A DNA stretch of 26,357 nucleotides from Minisyncoccia bacterium (GTDB taxonomy: Bacteria; Patescibacteriota; Minisyncoccia; Moranbacterales; GWC2-37-73), in assembly GCA_041494985.1 (NCBI GenBank), contig JBGQBV010000001.1, forward strand, positions 1 through 26,357. The letters are read 5' to 3'. The notes beneath the pieces were generated by a model. It ran no database searches and was not told the origin of the DNA. It saw nothing but the letters and a program-made list of their open reading frames with translations. This document shows, piece after piece, positions 24,246 through 26,357 of this stretch. Numbering within the stretch: the stretch's first letter is position 1; every line of letters starts with the position of its first letter. The position numbers and the translations under genes were made by a program.

Positions 24246-25607
24246 TTACTGTTTATGTATTTTTTCCAACGATTTGAAACTGGCCGAGTTTTCCTGGAAG
24301 AAGCAGCTGATTTCCCCGATCGGGCCGTTTCTGTGTTTGGCAATCATCACTTTGACGATGCCTTTGTTCGGTGTGTCAGGTTTTTCGCGGTCTTCACGGT
24401 AGAGGAAGAGCACCACGTCGGCGTCCTGTTCGATGGAACCGGATTCGCGGAGATCCGAAAGTTTCGGGATCTGCGGCGAGCGCGATTCGACGGCGCGGGA
24501 CAGCTGCGAAAGGGCGATGATCGGAATGTTCAGTTCGCGCGCCAGATTCTTGAGTCCGCGGGAAATCTCGGAGATTTCCTGCACGCGGTTGTCGCCGCCG
24601 CGTCCTTCCATAAGTTGCAGATAATCGATGATGATGAGTCCCAAGTTATGTTCAGCCTGCAGGCGCCGCGCCATCGTGCGCATTTCCATGATGTTGGCGC
24701 TGGCTGTGTCGTCGATGAAGAGTTTGGCTTCGGACAATATGCCCATGGCGTCGCCGATCCTTTGGAAATCATTGTTGTCGCCTTCGCTTTTGAGCCGGCC
24801 GGTCCTGAGGCGCCACAAATCGACGTTCGCTTCGGCCGCCAGCATACGATCGACGAGCTGGTCGGAGGACATTTCCAGTGAGAACATGCCCACTGCGACA
24901 TTTTCGCGCACGGCCACGTGCCGGGCGATGTCCAAAGCTAGCGAGGTTTTTCCGATGGACGGGCGGGCCGCCAGGATCAAAAGATCGGATTTCTGCAAGC
25001 CGGCCAAAATGTTGTCGAGATCGGCAAAGCCGGTCGGGATGCCGCGGAACTTGTTGCCGTCGCGATGCAGTTCGTCGATGCGGTTGAAAGCCGCTTCCAA
25101 AATCGAGCGGATCGGCACAAAGTCCTGTTTGATGTATTTCTGTGAAACGCCGAAAAGTTTCTGTTCAGCGTCATCCAAAATCTTCTCAATGTCATTGCCT
25201 TCCTGATAGCCGGTCTCAATGATTTCGGTAGCAGCACTAATGAGACGGCGCAGCAAAGCTTTCTTCTGCACGACTTTCGCGTAGTGCACGATGTGCGAGG
25301 CGGACGGCACGGTGCCGACAAGGGTTGCGAGATAGGTGGAGCCGCCGATTTTTTCCAATTTCTTTTTTTCATCGAGCTTATTGGAAATGCTGAGCACGTC
25401 CAGCGGTTCGCGCTGTTCATACAGTTCCAGCATCGTTTCATAGATGATGTTGTGGATGTCCTTGTAGAAATCACCGACTTTCAAAAGATCCGCAATCTTG
25501 ATCACCGCATCTTTTTCCAACATCAAAGAGCCCAGCACCGATTGCTCGGCTTCGATGTTGTGCGGAGGAGTCCGCAGGTCGTCAGATTGTTTTTTTGCTG
25601 AAGTCAT
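24246..25607 (-). CDS. dnaB: Replicative DNA helicase DnaB
   Basis: PPHNIEAEQSVLG, AARPSIGKT (Walker A), FSLEM, IIIDYLQLM, ALSQLSR, SDLRESGSIEQDAD, AKHRNGP; no intein. Confidence 0.99.
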   Translation of the reverse strand: MTSAKKQSDDLRTPPHNIEAEQSVLGSLMLEKDAVIKIADLLKVGDFYKDIHNIIYETMLELYEQREPLDVLSISNKLDEKKKLEKIGGSTYLATLVGTVPSASHIVHYAKVVQKKALLRRLISAATEIIETGYQEGNDIEKILDDAEQKLFGVSQKYIKQDFVPIRSILEAAFNRIDELHRDGNKFRGIPTGFADLDNILAGLQKSDLLILAARPSIGKTSLALDIARHVAVRENVAVGMFSLEMSSDQLVDRMLAAEANVDLWRLRTGRLKSEGDNNDFQRIGDAMGILSEAKLFIDDTASANIMEMRTMARRLQAEHNLGLIIIDYLQLMEGRGGDNRVQEISEISRGLKNLARELNIPIIALSQLSRAVESRSPQIPKLSDLRESGSIEQDADVVLFLYREDREKPDTPNKGIVKVMIAKHRNGPIGEISCFFQENSASFKSLEKIHKQ

Positions 25608-25617
25608 AAGTCAGTTA

Positions 25618-25645
25618 ATTATAGCAAGACTGCAAGCTAAATCAA
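25618..25645 (-). promoter_or_regulatory. Sigma70-type promoter for dnaB-recR (near-leaderless)
   Basis: Minus strand TTGATT (25645-25640), 16-nt spacer, TGcTATAAT (ends 25618); ATG at 25607. Confidence 0.7.
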
Positions 25646-25710
25646 CAGTCCGCAGAGGTAATTTTGTACACCTATTATTCACATCAACAAAGCCAAAAAC
25701 GGCTTAGCTA

Positions 25711-25739
25711 TTGACAAAACGCGATTTTAGGAGTATACT
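25711..25739 (+). promoter_or_regulatory. Sigma70-type promoter
   Basis: TTGACA (25711-25716), 17-nt spacer, TATACT (25734-25739). Confidence 0.85.
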
Positions 25740-25791
25740 ATTAGGTTAGTGAATAAAATATGAGAAGTTCGTTCACAAAAGGAGGTGCACC

Positions 25792-26085
25792 GTGTTAGAT
25801 AGTATTGATTATATGTTTTTTGCAGTAGTGGGAATTGGGACGTATGTTTACATGGCGTTTGCTCTCAGGAATATGCCCGATCCATCGACGGAATTCGGTA
25901 TGTCGCTGAATGCGATGATAATCGGAATGATAGCAGCATCTGCATTTGGCATTGCATTAGCCAGCAGAATACTGCTTGGGTACGGCGGATACATTCTCAC
26001 AGCAGTTGTTGTCCCTCCGCTTATTCACAAAATCGTGAAAAAGATGACAGCGAGCAACAAAACATCGGCTACCATATTTGAGTAG
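25792..26085 (+). CDS. Small membrane protein (about 3 TM helices)
   Basis: 97 aa, GTG start with SD AAGGAGGTG; own promoter and terminator. Confidence 0.8.
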   Translation: MLDSIDYMFFAVVGIGTYVYMAFALRNMPDPSTEFGMSLNAMIIGMIAASAFGIALASRILLGYGGYILTAVVVPPLIHKIVKKMTASNKTSATIFE

Positions 26086-26108
26086 TTGGGTAGTGATAGT
26101 CTATGAAC

Positions 26109-26142
26109 AAAGCCTTTGAGGATTCTCTCATTGGCTTTTTTT
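26109..26142 (+). terminator. Intrinsic terminator
   Basis: AAAGCC-tt-TGAG...CTCA-tt-GGCTTT followed by T tract. Confidence 0.65.
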
Positions 26143-26159
26143 AATTCAATAAATTCAGT

Positions 26160-26357
26160 TCCACCTTTCTTTTTCCGCAAAAGAAAGGTGGAGGAAAGAA
26201 AACTCGCACACGGATGAAGATGCTGTGGCAAATGCGGCGTTCTTCACTAAAATTTCTAGCGGATTACCGCTGAGAAATTTCTTAACGTTCATCACTTGCA
26301 TTTCGTCCGCCTCGGCTACGCCTCGGGCGAGACGGGCCTACGCACTTCATAGTGTGC
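26160..26357. repeat. Multi-hairpin REP/MITE-like or ncRNA-like structured element, truncated by the window end
   Basis: 14-bp hairpin 26160-26192; 13-bp hairpin 26250-26280; GC hairpin 26304-26334; long-range pairing of 26206-26228 with 26338-26357. Confidence 0.65.

Noticed and set aside
25675-25683. DnaA-box-like TTATTCACA upstream of the dnaB promoter (another at 26021-26029)
   Set aside because: Single degenerate boxes are expected by chance in AT-rich DNA; no cluster or DUE to support oriC or regulation

Overview
A core-genome segment of a reduced-genome bacterium, most likely Patescibacteria/CPR (Parcubacteria-like). This assignment is inferred from gene content, shortened AlaRS/PheRS forms and SD-less AT-rich starts; TGA is used as a stop. 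Gene order: membrane-anchored hypothetical, secA, Nudix hydrolase, small acidic ORF, secD-secF-Met-rich ORF; an accessory block (GGDEF protein, a divergent GT-A-fold-like protein transcribed back-to-back with a Gfo/Idh/MocA dehydrogenase, EamA transporter); tyrS, a truncated pheT remnant and a single-chain organelle-type PheRS (PheS catalytic domain fused to FDX-ACB); a three-gene unit (sigma-region-4/HARE-HTH protein, membrane-anchored hypothetical, VirD4/TraD-like ATPase with a CxxC-x17-CxxC ribbon); mnmA, two small ORFs, a short alaS, rplU; and on the minus strand a FabZ-like dehydratase, recR and dnaB. I found no rRNA, tRNA, CRISPR array or transposase. The most notable observations are (1) the rearranged organelle-like PheRS beside a pheT relic, (2) several short structured/palindromic elements, two of them in frame inside secA and mnmA and one sequestering the secD start codon under a leaderless uORF, (3) near-leaderless promoters, with SD motifs confined to accessory genes, and (4) the uncharacterised sigma4-HARE / ATPase unit and the GT-A-like accessory gene. 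All calls were made by eye from motifs and base-pairing; no database searches or folding programs were run.
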